Counted from the first letter of the stretch, positions 19,920 to 30,213 are shown. The stretch: DNA of 64,000 nucleotides from Poseidonia sp. (GCA_016778305.1 JADHPT010000002.1:3649-67648); one strand, 5' to 3'. The notes: generated from the letters alone by a model not told the origin. Made by a program: numbers and translations.

Positions 19920-20936
19920 ATGTCAGTTCTGATGAACGCAGAAATTGATGGGTTACTTGAGCGTACATCGCGTTCGTTTTATCCGACTCTGAAATATTTG
20001 CCGAAGAAAATCAGGGGGCAAATAGGTTTACTGTATTTGCTCGCCCGTGTTGCGGATACCATCGCAGATTCAAAGCACGGTGAGACTCAAGTCCTTCTGG
20101 ACCTCCTGAGCGATTACAATGATGTTGCTCAAGGACGATCTGAATCCCTTCCTGACTTTAGCGTACTTGCTGAAATTCAAACCAACCCGGATGAAGCAGA
20201 ACTGCTTCGAAATGTGGAACCTGTCGTAGCAGGACTACAGGATTACGATGCCGAAGATCAACAGCGAATGCTCGAATGCCTCGAAGTGATTGTTGGAGGT
20301 CAAACCCTTGACCTCCAACGCTTCGGAACTGCGAAAGAAGGAGGCAATATTTCTGCGTTATCAACCGAAGAGGAACTGGATGATTATGCGTTCAGAGTAG
20401 CGGGTTGTGTCGGTGTGTTTTGGACAAAGATGTCGCTTGCCCATTTGATGACGCTACCTCCCGATAAGGAGAAGATGTTCATGGAAAAAGGGATCCGTTT
20501 TGGTAAGGCCCTTCAGATGATTAACATTCTAAGAGATATTCCTGAAGACCTTCGCTATGGCCGTTGCTACATACCAATTAGTGGCTTAAAAGATCACAAC
20601 CTTGAGCCAACCAGCCTCCTTGATGAGGGAAATCTCGAGGCTTTTCGCCCCCTTTATGATTCATACCTCGACCTCACGAATGAACATCTTGAAGCGGCAA
20701 CCGATTACATCAGAATGATTCCTGAAGGTCAATTCCGTCTCAAGGCTTCTGTGATGCTCCCCGTTCTTATCGGCCAGCGTACCGTTACACTCCTGCGTAG
20801 TGGGAATATACTGAACTCAGATGAGCGCATCAAGGTGACTCGAGATGAAATCAAATCCTATGCAAGAAAGTTACTCCGGGCCCTTCTAATCCCCGGTGGC
20901 GTGCGAAGGTTGCTTGAAAAGAATAAAGATCCATGA
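19920..20936 (+). CDS. Squalene/phytoene synthase family protein (squalene-synthase-like)
   Basis: RTSRSF, RVADTIAD, YAFRVAGCVG, LQMINILRDIPEDLRYGRCYIP. Confidence 0.88.
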   Translation: MSVLMNAEIDGLLERTSRSFYPTLKYLPKKIRGQIGLLYLLARVADTIADSKHGETQVLLDLLSDYNDVAQGRSESLPDFSVLAEIQTNPDEAELLRNVEPVVAGLQDYDAEDQQRMLECLEVIVGGQTLDLQRFGTAKEGGNISALSTEEELDDYAFRVAGCVGVFWTKMSLAHLMTLPPDKEKMFMEKGIRFGKALQMINILRDIPEDLRYGRCYIPISGLKDHNLEPTSLLDEGNLEAFRPLYDSYLDLTNEHLEAATDYIRMIPEGQFRLKASVMLPVLIGQRTVTLLRSGNILNSDERIKVTRDEIKSYARKLLRALLIPGGVRRLLEKNKDP

Positions 20937-20960
20937 ATCTACTCTATAGAATTTAAAGTG

Positions 20961-20980
20961 GTAAGTTTACAAGTACTTAC
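20961..20980. promoter_or_regulatory. Operator-like inverted repeat GTAAGT-N8-ACTTAC in an AT-rich intergenic region
   Basis: Perfect 6-bp inverted repeat directly downstream of TTTAAA, upstream of the phytoene synthase-like gene. Confidence 0.4.
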
Positions 20981-21061
20981 ATATGTTAAAAAACTCCATG
21001 TCTGTTCGCACTTGCGAAGGGAGGTCTCTTAAACAAGGGACGCGAGGGATTGACGGATAGG

Positions 21062-22360
21062 ATGCTAGAACGCCGCAAACCACTCGATCTTCTATTCCCG
21101 CTCAAGGGGAATGCTTCCTCCCGTTCGGAAGAGGAAGAAGTCCGTCCTCCAACGACGCTTGAACGTCTTCGAGCCGGTGTAACACTTGCCCGAGATGCGG
21201 TCAAGGCGGTCAGCGTTACAGCGATGGAAGCCCTTCGTGAGGGTGCATCATTTATCGGAATCGTTGGTGATACCAATGAATTGGTTGATCCCTTTGAATA
21301 TCTTGACGCACCGATTTGGTCTGAGCACCCTCCGGCTGAATTGTACAAGTTAGCATACCGTTACTGTGAGGAACTCACCCGTCGTGAAGCGGGTAATTTT
21401 TACCACTCCTTCAAGTATTTGCCCGATGAGCAGCGAATGGCCATGTGCGCTATCTATGCATTCTGTCGCCGTGCTGACGACATCGCTGACGGAGACTGGG
21501 CAGACAGATTCCCCGGCAGCAAAGGCGAGATGGACCCTGAAGCAGTGACCTACCGCAACAAATTGGAATCGCTTCAAAATAGAGGCACTATCCTTGATGA
21601 AGATGCCTATCACAACAAGATCACACAACTGTTCTTTTTCCGTAAAAAACTCTCAACATGTTACAGCGATGTTTATTCAACCGACCCTGTGTTCTTGGCC
21701 CTCAAAGACACTGTCGAACGATACGGGATCCCACGCGATGTCTTTGACGACCTTATCTCTGGAATGGAGGACGATCTCTATAACAACCGATACCGAAGTT
21801 TTGATGAACTCTACGTCTATTGCTACAGAGTCGCTTCCGTGGTTGGATTGATGTGCATTGAAGTCTATGGGTACGAGGATCCAAGAGCGAAGAAATTCGC
21901 TGAATCCTGGGGCATCTTCATGCAATTAACCAACGTGTTGAGGGATGTTGGCGAAGATATTCAGCGTGATCGTGTTTACCTCCCTCTCAACGAACTCGAA
22001 CGAAACGAGATGCGTGAGGATGAACTGAACGGACGTATTGTCCTGAACAAGCATTGGGAGCCTTATGTCCGCCAATATGCTGCCCGGGCACGCACTTATC
22101 TTGAAGAGGCACGAGCACTCCTACCACTCCTACCTCGTCGTACACGGTATTCTCCAGCTGCGATGATTGCATTTTACGACAAGATTTTGCGCCAAATAGA
22201 AAAGCAGCAAGGTGACGTGTTTACTCGTCGCGTGAAACTGAATAAGATCCAGAAAATCTCTCTCGCTGCTGCCGTCTATCTGCGACACCGATTCCTCCCC
22301 GCATTCCTTGATCCTGTTTGGGGCGCTCTTGCCAAGGTCGGAATTCTTCCCGCCGTTTGA
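21062..22360 (+). CDS. Phytoene synthase/HpnD-like protein with N-terminal extension
   Basis: YAFCRRADDIAD, YCYRVASVVG, QLTNVLRDVGED, RVYLP; start uncertain (21050 or 21062). Confidence 0.88.
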   Translation: MLERRKPLDLLFPLKGNASSRSEEEEVRPPTTLERLRAGVTLARDAVKAVSVTAMEALREGASFIGIVGDTNELVDPFEYLDAPIWSEHPPAELYKLAYRYCEELTRREAGNFYHSFKYLPDEQRMAMCAIYAFCRRADDIADGDWADRFPGSKGEMDPEAVTYRNKLESLQNRGTILDEDAYHNKITQLFFFRKKLSTCYSDVYSTDPVFLALKDTVERYGIPRDVFDDLISGMEDDLYNNRYRSFDELYVYCYRVASVVGLMCIEVYGYEDPRAKKFAESWGIFMQLTNVLRDVGEDIQRDRVYLPLNELERNEMREDELNGRIVLNKHWEPYVRQYAARARTYLEEARALLPLLPRRTRYSPAAMIAFYDKILRQIEKQQGDVFTRRVKLNKIQKISLAAAVYLRHRFLPAFLDPVWGALAKVGILPAV

Positions 22361-22409
22361 ACAACCAGGTTTTCCATGACCTTATATGCCCCGCTTCCTT
22401 GGAGGTATC

Positions 22410-22757
22410 ATGTCGATCATAGACGCATACAACGAGGCCTGGCTGAGTGGAAATCTTGAGGCTCTTTCTGAGATTATTCACGATGATTTTCAATTCAACC
22501 CGCATGTTGGCGGTGTTGTGATGGGCAAGTCCGACGTGATGGCTTTTGCGGGCATGGGAGCAGTCACTTCCGAAAATCAACGAACGCTCTTTGAGAATAG
22601 CGAGGTCGGTGTAGCTCATTCAATCGCTCATTTTGCCAACGGATCAACCTCTGAGGCAGTTCTTTCCTTCCTTCGCTTCAAAGATGGTAAAATCATCTCA
22701 ATGGAGACTGGAGCAACACCACTTTCCGACGACTACAAACTTGTTGGATCTGAGTGA
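22410..22757 (+). CDS. NTF2/SnoaL-like small protein
   Basis: AYNEAWLSGNLEALSEIIHDDF and FKDGKII patterns; GGAGGT Shine-Dalgarno before ATG 22410. Confidence 0.8.
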   Translation: MSIIDAYNEAWLSGNLEALSEIIHDDFQFNPHVGGVVMGKSDVMAFAGMGAVTSENQRTLFENSEVGVAHSIAHFANGSTSEAVLSFLRFKDGKIISMETGATPLSDDYKLVGSE

Positions 22758-22767
22758 GGCGGGAAAT

Positions 22768-23313
22768 TTGCCTCGCCTCGTCGCCGGTAATCCAGCCCCT
22801 ATCATCAATCTCCCAAGTATTGACGGAACTACATTTGACCTTCAATCAATGAAGGGGAAGCGAGTTATCCTCACGTTCTTCCGTTTTGATTCATGTCCTT
22901 TTTGCAACATCAGGATTCACCATTTGACCAAGCGATGGAATGAATTCCCGAGCGATACGGTCATGGTGGGGATTTTCGATGCAAATATTGACGCCCTCAC
23001 ACGCAGGATCAACAAAAAACACGATGTGCCATTCACCATCGTTGCGGATGAATCCTACGACACCTACACTCAAAATGGTGTCTACAAATCACTTCTTCGC
23101 GTGATGTTGGCACCACTGCGTCGTCCACTCACCATGCTTCATGCCATTGCGAAAGGCTACATCCCTCTCACATTGTCAATGAAGAAAATGTCAACCATTC
23201 CAGTTGACATACTCATCGATGAAAACGGACAGGTCGTTAAAGCACATTACTGCAAAGATACTGTCGACCACATTCCCATCGACGAAATGATTGCCTTCGC
23301 TAAAGGTGAGTAA
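22768..23313 (+). CDS. Peroxiredoxin-like/AhpC-TSA redoxin
   Basis: GNPAP, FFRFDSCPFC, LIDENGQV; likely TTG start at 22768. Confidence 0.8.
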   Translation: MPRLVAGNPAPIINLPSIDGTTFDLQSMKGKRVILTFFRFDSCPFCNIRIHHLTKRWNEFPSDTVMVGIFDANIDALTRRINKKHDVPFTIVADESYDTYTQNGVYKSLLRVMLAPLRRPLTMLHAIAKGYIPLTLSMKKMSTIPVDILIDENGQVVKAHYCKDTVDHIPIDEMIAFAKGE

Positions 23314-23323
23314 CTCCGAGATT

Positions 23324-24499
23324 TCAGGCATTTCGGGTAAAGGCTTGAATGCCCGTGATGTAGCGGCCAAGAATCAAATTGTGGATGTCGTGTGTTCCTT
23401 CATAGGTTTTCACCGATTCAAGATTTGCCATGTGACGCATCACGGGGTACTCGTCCAGGATGCCGTTAGCTCCGTGTATGTCTCGGGAGACACGCGCTAT
23501 TTCAAGCGCAATATCGACATTGTTCATCTTCGCAAGTGAGATTTGTTCAGGAATCCAGGTCCCATCGTCTTTTTTCTTGCCGAGGTGATAGGCGAGAAGT
23601 TGACCCTTTGTGATCTCACGCAACATCCAAGCAAGTTTGTTTTGAATTAACTGATAGGATGCAATGGGATGGTCGAATTGGATTCTCGACAACGAGTAGG
23701 TTTTCGCACTGTGGAAACAGGCCATAGCCGAACCAAGCACACCCCATGAAATTCCATATCGAGCGTTGTTCAGGCATGAGAATGGGCCGCGAAGACCTTT
23801 GACTCCGGGAAGCATCCTGTCTTTTGGGATCTTGCAGTCTTGGAAGACAAGTTCACTTGTAACACTTGCTTTGAGTGAGTGTTTCCCTTTCATCTCGGGA
23901 GCGGAAAAACCTTCGTCACCTTTTTCGACAATGAAGCCACGAATGACGCCGTCCAATTTCGCCCAAACAACGGCGACCTGTGCGATCGTTCCGTTTGTGA
24001 TCCACATCTTCGCTCCGTTGAGCAAATAATGGTCGCCCATGTCTTCGGCTTTCGTGACCATATCGCCGGGATTGGATCCATAGTCGGGCTCAGTAAGACC
24101 GAAGCAGCCAACCCATTCCCCAGAGGCCATTTTTGGAAGATACTTTTCTTTCTGCTCTTCCGTCCCGAAATCCCAAATTGGGTACATTGCAAGAGATCCT
24201 TGTACGGAGGCAAAAGAGCGCAAACCACTGTCTCCACGCTCTAATTCTTGGCAAATCAAACCGTAGGCTACGTAGGACAATCCGGGGCAACCATATCCTT
24301 TGAGTGGGGCTCCGAGGACGCCCATTTCTCCAAGAGCAACGCGCCATTCGTCGTAGAATACACCGTCTTCACAGGCTTGTTCAATTTTTGGAATTACGGC
24401 CTCATCAACCCATTCACGAACCATGTCTCGAATCATGATTTCTTCTTCTGTTAAGAGACTTTCAATGTCGTAGAAATCTAGACCTTCAAACGGTTCCAT
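23324..24499 (-). CDS. gcdH: Acyl-CoA dehydrogenase, glutaryl-CoA dehydrogenase-like
   Basis: ERGDSGLRS, CFGLTEPDYGS, KMWITNG, YEGTHDIH. Confidence 0.88.
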   Translation of the reverse strand: MEPFEGLDFYDIESLLTEEEIMIRDMVREWVDEAVIPKIEQACEDGVFYDEWRVALGEMGVLGAPLKGYGCPGLSYVAYGLICQELERGDSGLRSFASVQGSLAMYPIWDFGTEEQKEKYLPKMASGEWVGCFGLTEPDYGSNPGDMVTKAEDMGDHYLLNGAKMWITNGTIAQVAVVWAKLDGVIRGFIVEKGDEGFSAPEMKGKHSLKASVTSELVFQDCKIPKDRMLPGVKGLRGPFSCLNNARYGISWGVLGSAMACFHSAKTYSLSRIQFDHPIASYQLIQNKLAWMLREITKGQLLAYHLGKKKDDGTWIPEQISLAKMNNVDIALEIARVSRDIHGANGILDEYPVMRHMANLESVKTYEGTHDIHNLILGRYITGIQAFTRNA

Positions 24500-24571
24500 G
24501 GGCTTCCCTCAGGATGCTGTCTTCGCGCGTGCTTCATCAACATAACCCTTCGGGCAAAGGAAATCTAGGAC

Positions 24572-25744
24572 TCATTTACCTTTGAATCGCCATCGGTTGT
24601 ATTTCTTTTGCAACCAGGGGCTGTTCATGTAAATCAGTCCTAGAATGACGCCTGGAACCGATATGGCCACTGCTCCGAGAACCAGAACCGTCAGGATACC
24701 GGCATCGACTTCTTCAAGAAGAGGAGAAAAGGCGACGATGTTTCCGAATTCCGTAATCATGTACCCGTTGTTCGTGCTTGTCTCCCAAACCACCGCAAGG
24801 GTTCGTCCTGCAATAATCTCGTCCCATGCAGCAGCGTCCTCGGCAATAAGGACGGTATAGGCTTCATTGAGCAAGGGGTTGTGGCGGACCATGCTCATGG
24901 GGGCCATCTTCACCAGTGTCGTGCCGTCATGACCCGTATCCACGCCGATTTGTTCACCAGACGGTAGGTCAAACATCAGCGTTTCATCAGCCTTGGACTG
25001 GCTTGCATCAATGGTATTGATTCGAATCGCTTTGCTTTTCAACCCGCTGGCGAAGCCGACACATTCGTTGAGCGTCGGGTCTGCACAATCCATGCCGACC
25101 CAAGTTTCGCCAGATGTTTGTGCAATCCAGGTTACCGCATGACCCTGGTCGATAACAGCAATACCTTCATCGATGGTCGTCATGAAGCAGACGTTGTAAT
25201 TACGATGGCAATCCATGTCGGTAATTTCACTGACGCCGTTGTTATCCAGTACTTCGAAGCCCGTGTGCTCAGCGAATTTCCACAATGAACCATCTTCGGC
25301 CCCTACGTAAGCAAAGTCACCGGCAGGTCGCCAGGCGACGGCTGTGAGATTTTTCCCATATACTGCAAACGTACCGTTGACATTGGTAACGCCGTGGTCA
25401 TAGGAATCATAGCGCATGGCAAGGCCGTCTTCGCCAACCAAAAGTGCGGTATTACCCCGTGGATGCCAGTCGATGTGGTGGATGGTTGATGACCGCCCGG
25501 TGAGTAATTCAACATCCATTTCTCGGTTGTCTGCTTCATCGGCTGACAGAAGGCGTGCATACCCATCCATACCTGCGATAAGAACGTCCGTTCCATCTGG
25601 AGAGACTGCGCCCGTTCTGATGCCCAGATCACGTTCTGCGAGAACGCCTCCGTCCCTCAATTCAATACGAGTTACCAACTCAGCAGAAGCCGATGGAAGA
25701 AGCATGAGAGTGACGCAAAGCATGGCTATGAGTATGCGTCGCAT
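24572..25744 (-). CDS. Secreted WD40/beta-propeller protein with C-terminal membrane anchor
   Basis: Signal peptide MRRILIAML; WD-like blades (AVSPDG, IDWHPRG, VAWRPAG); C-terminal TM and basic tail. Confidence 0.78.
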   Translation of the reverse strand: MRRILIAMLCVTLMLLPSASAELVTRIELRDGGVLAERDLGIRTGAVSPDGTDVLIAGMDGYARLLSADEADNREMDVELLTGRSSTIHHIDWHPRGNTALLVGEDGLAMRYDSYDHGVTNVNGTFAVYGKNLTAVAWRPAGDFAYVGAEDGSLWKFAEHTGFEVLDNNGVSEITDMDCHRNYNVCFMTTIDEGIAVIDQGHAVTWIAQTSGETWVGMDCADPTLNECVGFASGLKSKAIRINTIDASQSKADETLMFDLPSGEQIGVDTGHDGTTLVKMAPMSMVRHNPLLNEAYTVLIAEDAAAWDEIIAGRTLAVVWETSTNNGYMITEFGNIVAFSPLLEEVDAGILTVLVLGAVAISVPGVILGLIYMNSPWLQKKYNRWRFKGK

Positions 25745-25848
25745 CGATTCTGCCACCGAACTCTGCATGAAAACCCCTCCCCTCGGAACCTCTCGCTTTG
25801 ATGGCGATGAACGGTGAGCCTTATGTGGCGAGGTCGGCTGCCCCAAAC

Positions 25849-26373
25849 ATGGAGCGATTTGCTGTAAAACGAGGCCTTGTGAAATCCACGGGTGGAAATG
25901 CTGGATTGGCGAAATTAGCAACCAACTATTTTGAAAATATCAATGTAGATGCTGAGGGTGTTTTTACCGGCTCGTATGGACTCCTTGTCCAAGTTCAAGG
26001 CTCGTATGACAGCGCTGGAAAACTTGCTGTCGAAGTCGAGCAAATGAAAGGCGACGCTCTGGGAGAATTCCTTGAAAGTGATGGTGGACGAGAGAAAGCA
26101 ATGGAATCACGACGCCGTTGGTCCTCCTTCCTTGATGAAGCGACGGGATACAATGCCAAACAACGCGGTGACAAAGCAAAAGAGGAAGCAAAGAAATTCT
26201 CAAAGGCGAAATCAGCTATCGAGATGGCTCACAAATCAATGCAGTTGATTTCTGGTATCGACCCGAGTGTCATCGAGAGAGCAAACGAACTCATCCAAGC
26301 CCTTGAAGAAAAAATTGAGGCCGGTGAACCACCTTCAGAAACACAGGTGAAAAAACTTAACGATTTGTTCTGA
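25849..26373 (+). CDS. Conserved archaeal protein (DUF5611-like) with helical extension
   Basis: FAVKRG N-terminus; RRRWSSFLDEATGYNAKQR motif. Confidence 0.7.
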   Translation: MERFAVKRGLVKSTGGNAGLAKLATNYFENINVDAEGVFTGSYGLLVQVQGSYDSAGKLAVEVEQMKGDALGEFLESDGGREKAMESRRRWSSFLDEATGYNAKQRGDKAKEEAKKFSKAKSAIEMAHKSMQLISGIDPSVIERANELIQALEEKIEAGEPPSETQVKKLNDLF

Positions 26374-26382
26374 GGAATATTC

Positions 26383-27528
26383 ATGTCATCAACACAGGAT
26401 ATCACTGCGTTGATGGAAGCAACCGAAGGCGTGAGCAACCTAAACCAAGCGAAAAAACAGCGCCTGCAAGACATGCTTGGAACCGTCCAAGAAGTGGTTG
26501 GAATCGATCATCTCGTCCATTGTCTCGAGCATGGCACATCTCATTCGGGGAATGATGTCATTCAGTGTTATGTTGGCTTCGAACCGAGCGGGAAGGCCCA
26601 TATCGGTTGGAAGGTCTTGTCTCTTCAACTGCGCCGAATGTTGGATGCAGGGGCGAATGTCATGATTTTCCTCGCTGATTGGCACGCATGGGTCAACGAC
26701 AAATTTAATGGAAATATGGAAGCAATTCAGCGCACTGCCGAATACATGGAAGATACATTCAGGGCATTGCTTCAACACCCACCTGAAGGAGAAGGAGCGG
26801 GGGAGTTACAATTCAAGTGGGCTTCGGAATTGATGGAGTCGGGCGAGTATTGGGCTCGAGTCCTTCGCTGCTCAAAGGGTGCAACGCTTGCCATGGTGCG
26901 TAAAACCTTCACGATCATGGGCCGAGATGAGGCCTCATCAGACCATGACCTGTCAAAATTCTATTACCCTGCAATGCAAGCATCTGATATTTTTGAGATG
27001 GATATTGATGTGGCATTGGGAGGCATGGATCAACGGAAAGCTCACATGTTCATGCGTGATGTTGCCTCAAAGTATGGGTGGCCAAAGGCAACATGCCTGC
27101 ATACACCAATTATCTCATCCCTCAAAGCCTCGGGTAGCAGAATGGAATCATTTGACCATAAAATGTCAAAATCGGACCCTGGAGGCGCCCTATTGTTGCA
27201 TGATACGCATGAACAAATCCGTAAAAAAATGAGAAAGGCCTACATCTCACCCGATGATGAACAGTCCCCTGTCTATGAACTCGCAGAACATATTGTCCTC
27301 GCGGAATTTGGTGAAATATGTGTGACTCCTGACCCACGTTTCGGTGAACCATCTGTTTGGACCTCCCTCGACGACTTCCGGGCTGCGGTGATGGACGGAA
27401 GCCTCCATCCACTCGATGCGAAATTCGGGGTCGCAGATGGCTTAGCCAAGGGGCTCGCCTCTGTTCATAAACACTTTTTAGAACACCCAGAAAAACTGGA
27501 TCTCGTTACTGAATTCATGAATTCATGA
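26383..27528 (+). CDS. tyrS: Tyrosine--tRNA ligase, archaeal type
   Basis: YVGFEPSG, HIGW, YYPAMQASD, GGMDQRK, KMSKS. Confidence 0.96.
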   Translation: MSSTQDITALMEATEGVSNLNQAKKQRLQDMLGTVQEVVGIDHLVHCLEHGTSHSGNDVIQCYVGFEPSGKAHIGWKVLSLQLRRMLDAGANVMIFLADWHAWVNDKFNGNMEAIQRTAEYMEDTFRALLQHPPEGEGAGELQFKWASELMESGEYWARVLRCSKGATLAMVRKTFTIMGRDEASSDHDLSKFYYPAMQASDIFEMDIDVALGGMDQRKAHMFMRDVASKYGWPKATCLHTPIISSLKASGSRMESFDHKMSKSDPGGALLLHDTHEQIRKKMRKAYISPDDEQSPVYELAEHIVLAEFGEICVTPDPRFGEPSVWTSLDDFRAAVMDGSLHPLDAKFGVADGLAKGLASVHKHFLEHPEKLDLVTEFMNS

Positions 27529-28386
27529 AGATAGCCCGTCTGTGATGGGTAATTCTTCCACGCTCAAGACATCAATGGACAATACGCGACGGGTGTCCTT
27601 GCTGAAATTGCGTGTTGGTATCGGCTGAACACGAACGATCCCGTTGACCCGCACGTAAGCAGGCGCAGTCAAATCACCAACGAGATCGTCGCTCACGGTT
27701 CCAATGATCTCGTTTTTTGAAGAGCAATGAATCAAATGGTGGTCCTTATTGTAAGTTATTTGACGCATGCTGATGTCTTGAATATCTTCATATTTGCATT
27801 CTTCGAGAATCATTTTGAAATTCGGACGAGGTGAGAATAAACCCCAGGGGACTTCATCATCTTTCATGTAATCAACTGCCTTAAGCAGACAGGGACGGCA
27901 GGTAGATGGGCTCTCTCTTTCCCGTGCACGCCGTTGCATTTTCACAACACCTCTACCACAGTCTTTGCATTCGTAGACCGCTTTTTTGAGCCAGCCGTAC
28001 GGATGACTGATATCATTCAATTTGACATCAAGACTGACGAGGTAATTTCGATCCCTCATTCGAAGATCATCGACCCTGCGCAGGTATTCATCACCAAACT
28101 CCACAACACGTATGACAGGGCGCATTCGGACGCCGTATTTTTCAAATTGCTCGTGAAGAACCTGAGTTCCCAACTCAAGAGTGCGGGTTGGGTTTTCGTG
28201 AAATTCAAGCCCCAAAACCCCTTCCTTCGCAATCAACGAATGGTGGATGGTGAACCCAAATACAGCGTCGGAGGTTCCCTTGAGATGTTTGATATCATCA
28301 ACGTAGGTTGTTGTGATGAGGGTGTTCCAACAAGCGAGGACTTGCTGGTCTGTTTCTGATGGGGCAACTTCGTCCTTAGAAGACAT
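27523..28386 (-). CDS. Stand-alone MCM N-terminal domain protein (helical + OB + Zn finger, no AAA+)
   Basis: VDDLRMRDRNYLVSL, AVYECKDCG...CRPC, KYEDIQ, DDLVGDL...VRVNGIV match the MCM N-domain layout; stop codon before any Walker motif. Confidence 0.78.
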   Translation of the reverse strand: MSSKDEVAPSETDQQVLACWNTLITTTYVDDIKHLKGTSDAVFGFTIHHSLIAKEGVLGLEFHENPTRTLELGTQVLHEQFEKYGVRMRPVIRVVEFGDEYLRRVDDLRMRDRNYLVSLDVKLNDISHPYGWLKKAVYECKDCGRGVVKMQRRARERESPSTCRPCLLKAVDYMKDDEVPWGLFSPRPNFKMILEECKYEDIQDISMRQITYNKDHHLIHCSSKNEIIGTVSDDLVGDLTAPAYVRVNGIVRVQPIPTRNFSKDTRRVLSIDVLSVEELPITDGLSS

Positions 28387-28537
28387 GGAGTTTCTCGGCT
28401 GGTTGGACGGTTGATAAACATGCCCGTCTCGACGATGGCCTCCCCTTGCAAGTCGGTGATTTCGGCCATATGATGAAGTGACAAGGTTCATGAATCGAAG
28501 GGCGGTGGTCGGGTTTGAAACAACGGAGTTGCTGCTC

Positions 28538-29275
28538 ATGACCAACATCATCGTCCTCGTAAAACAAGTTCCCGATACCAATGCAAAGATCATCGTAAAC
28601 AACGGGCGAGTGGATTTATCTGCAGTGAAAATGGTCATGAGCCCCTATGACGAATTCGCTGTTGAAACTGCGCTGCGACATAAAGAAGCGGTTGGAGGTG
28701 AAGTGACTGCATTGACCGTTGGCGGACCCGCCACAGAGAAAATTCTCAAGGATGCAAAAGCCATCGGTGTTGACCGTATTGTGCGAATCGAATCAAGCGA
28801 AAATATGGATTCGAACGCCCTTCAAACCGTTCTCGCAAAAGCCGTCCAAGACCTCGGCGCGACTGCGGTTTACTGTGGAAAGTCTGCAGCTGATACCGGA
28901 GCGGGATCTACCGGGCCTGGCTTGGCGGAACGACTCGGGTGGGCATCTGTTTCAAACATCATTTCTGCCACCTTTTCAGACGCAATTTCAGCCGTCGCCC
29001 CCGGTAGTGGTGGCAACGTGAAACTCAATGTTCCACTTCCCGCAGTGATCTCTTGCGACAAAGGTGATTCCAAGGTTAGAAAACCAAATGTGAAGGGCAT
29101 CATGCAAGCTAAGAAAGCAACTGTAGAAGTCCACTCTATAGAGGGGCCTGCATCTTCAGTCACCGTTATTGACCAATCACTTCCTCCTGCCAAACCTGCT
29201 GGTAAATCCTACCAGGGCGGCGCTGCCGCTGCGGAGGTTGCACAACTGCTTCGCGACGAAGCCAACGTACTATGA
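28538..29275 (+). CDS. etfB: Electron transfer flavoprotein beta subunit
   Basis: IIVLVKQVPD, PYDEFAVE, CGKSAAD, RKPNVKGIMQAKK. Confidence 0.95.
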   Translation: MTNIIVLVKQVPDTNAKIIVNNGRVDLSAVKMVMSPYDEFAVETALRHKEAVGGEVTALTVGGPATEKILKDAKAIGVDRIVRIESSENMDSNALQTVLAKAVQDLGATAVYCGKSAADTGAGSTGPGLAERLGWASVSNIISATFSDAISAVAPGSGGNVKLNVPLPAVISCDKGDSKVRKPNVKGIMQAKKATVEVHSIEGPASSVTVIDQSLPPAKPAGKSYQGGAAAAEVAQLLRDEANVL

Positions 29276-29286
29276 GGGGATGAAAG

Positions 29287-30213
29287 ATGACACAAACAAT
29301 TGTAATTGCAGAAATGACAACCGACGGTGTGCACCCGAGCACAGCAGAACTGATCTCAGCAGCCATGACCTTCGGAGGCGAACCAACGCTCGTTGTACCG
29401 TGTACCGATGCTGCGCATGCTGATTCAGCGGCAAATATGGGCGCTGGAAGTATCCTTGCAGCAAAATCTGACGTTTTCGCCAACTACGACGCAGCATCTT
29501 GGGCCGCAGCAATTGATGCCATTGCACCCTCAGGGATCATCATTACTTCAGCCAGCCCTCAGTCAAAAGACCTTGCAGCCCGCATAGCGGCAAAGCGCAA
29601 CATCTCTGTTGTTCAAGACGCCGTGCGCATTGACAACAACACGGTTACATCTCCAATTTATTCGGGAAAGGCCATGCAAAGCGTCGCACTCAACGGCCCA
29701 ACCGTGATATCCGTCCGTTCAAACATCTTCGCAGCCGCCACAGGAGGTGCAACCAGCGCATCGGTTCTCGATACGACCGGTAATATCGCAACCTCCGTTC
29801 AAGAATTCATGGCTCGTGCATCACAACGCCTCGATGTCTCTGAAGCAAATATCATCATTTCCGGTGGCCGTGGAATGGGCAACCCAGATAATTTCAGCCA
29901 CCTCGAAGCGATTGCAGACACAATTGGTGCAGCTGTAGGAGCTTCTCGAGCTGCCGTTGATACGTGGGAGCCAATCCCTCATTCCATGCAGGTTGGACAA
30001 ACCGGGAAAACCGTCAATCCGAACCTCTACATCGCGGTTGGAATTTCTGGTGCCATTCAGCACCTTGCAGGAATGCGTTCATCAAAATACATCGTGGCCA
30101 TCAACAAGGATGCAGACGCTCCCATTTTCCAACATGCAGATTACGGCATCGTTGCTACATGGGAAGAAGCACTTCCAGTGCTTCATGAATCCCTCAAGGC
30201 AATGATGGCCTGA
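29287..30213 (+). CDS. etfA: Electron transfer flavoprotein alpha subunit
   Basis: SGGRG, GASRAAVD, QVGQTGK, YIAVGISGAIQHLAG. Confidence 0.96.
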   Translation: MTQTIVIAEMTTDGVHPSTAELISAAMTFGGEPTLVVPCTDAAHADSAANMGAGSILAAKSDVFANYDAASWAAAIDAIAPSGIIITSASPQSKDLAARIAAKRNISVVQDAVRIDNNTVTSPIYSGKAMQSVALNGPTVISVRSNIFAAATGGATSASVLDTTGNIATSVQEFMARASQRLDVSEANIIISGGRGMGNPDNFSHLEAIADTIGAAVGASRAAVDTWEPIPHSMQVGQTGKTVNPNLYIAVGISGAIQHLAGMRSSKYIVAINKDADAPIFQHADYGIVATWEEALPVLHESLKAMMA

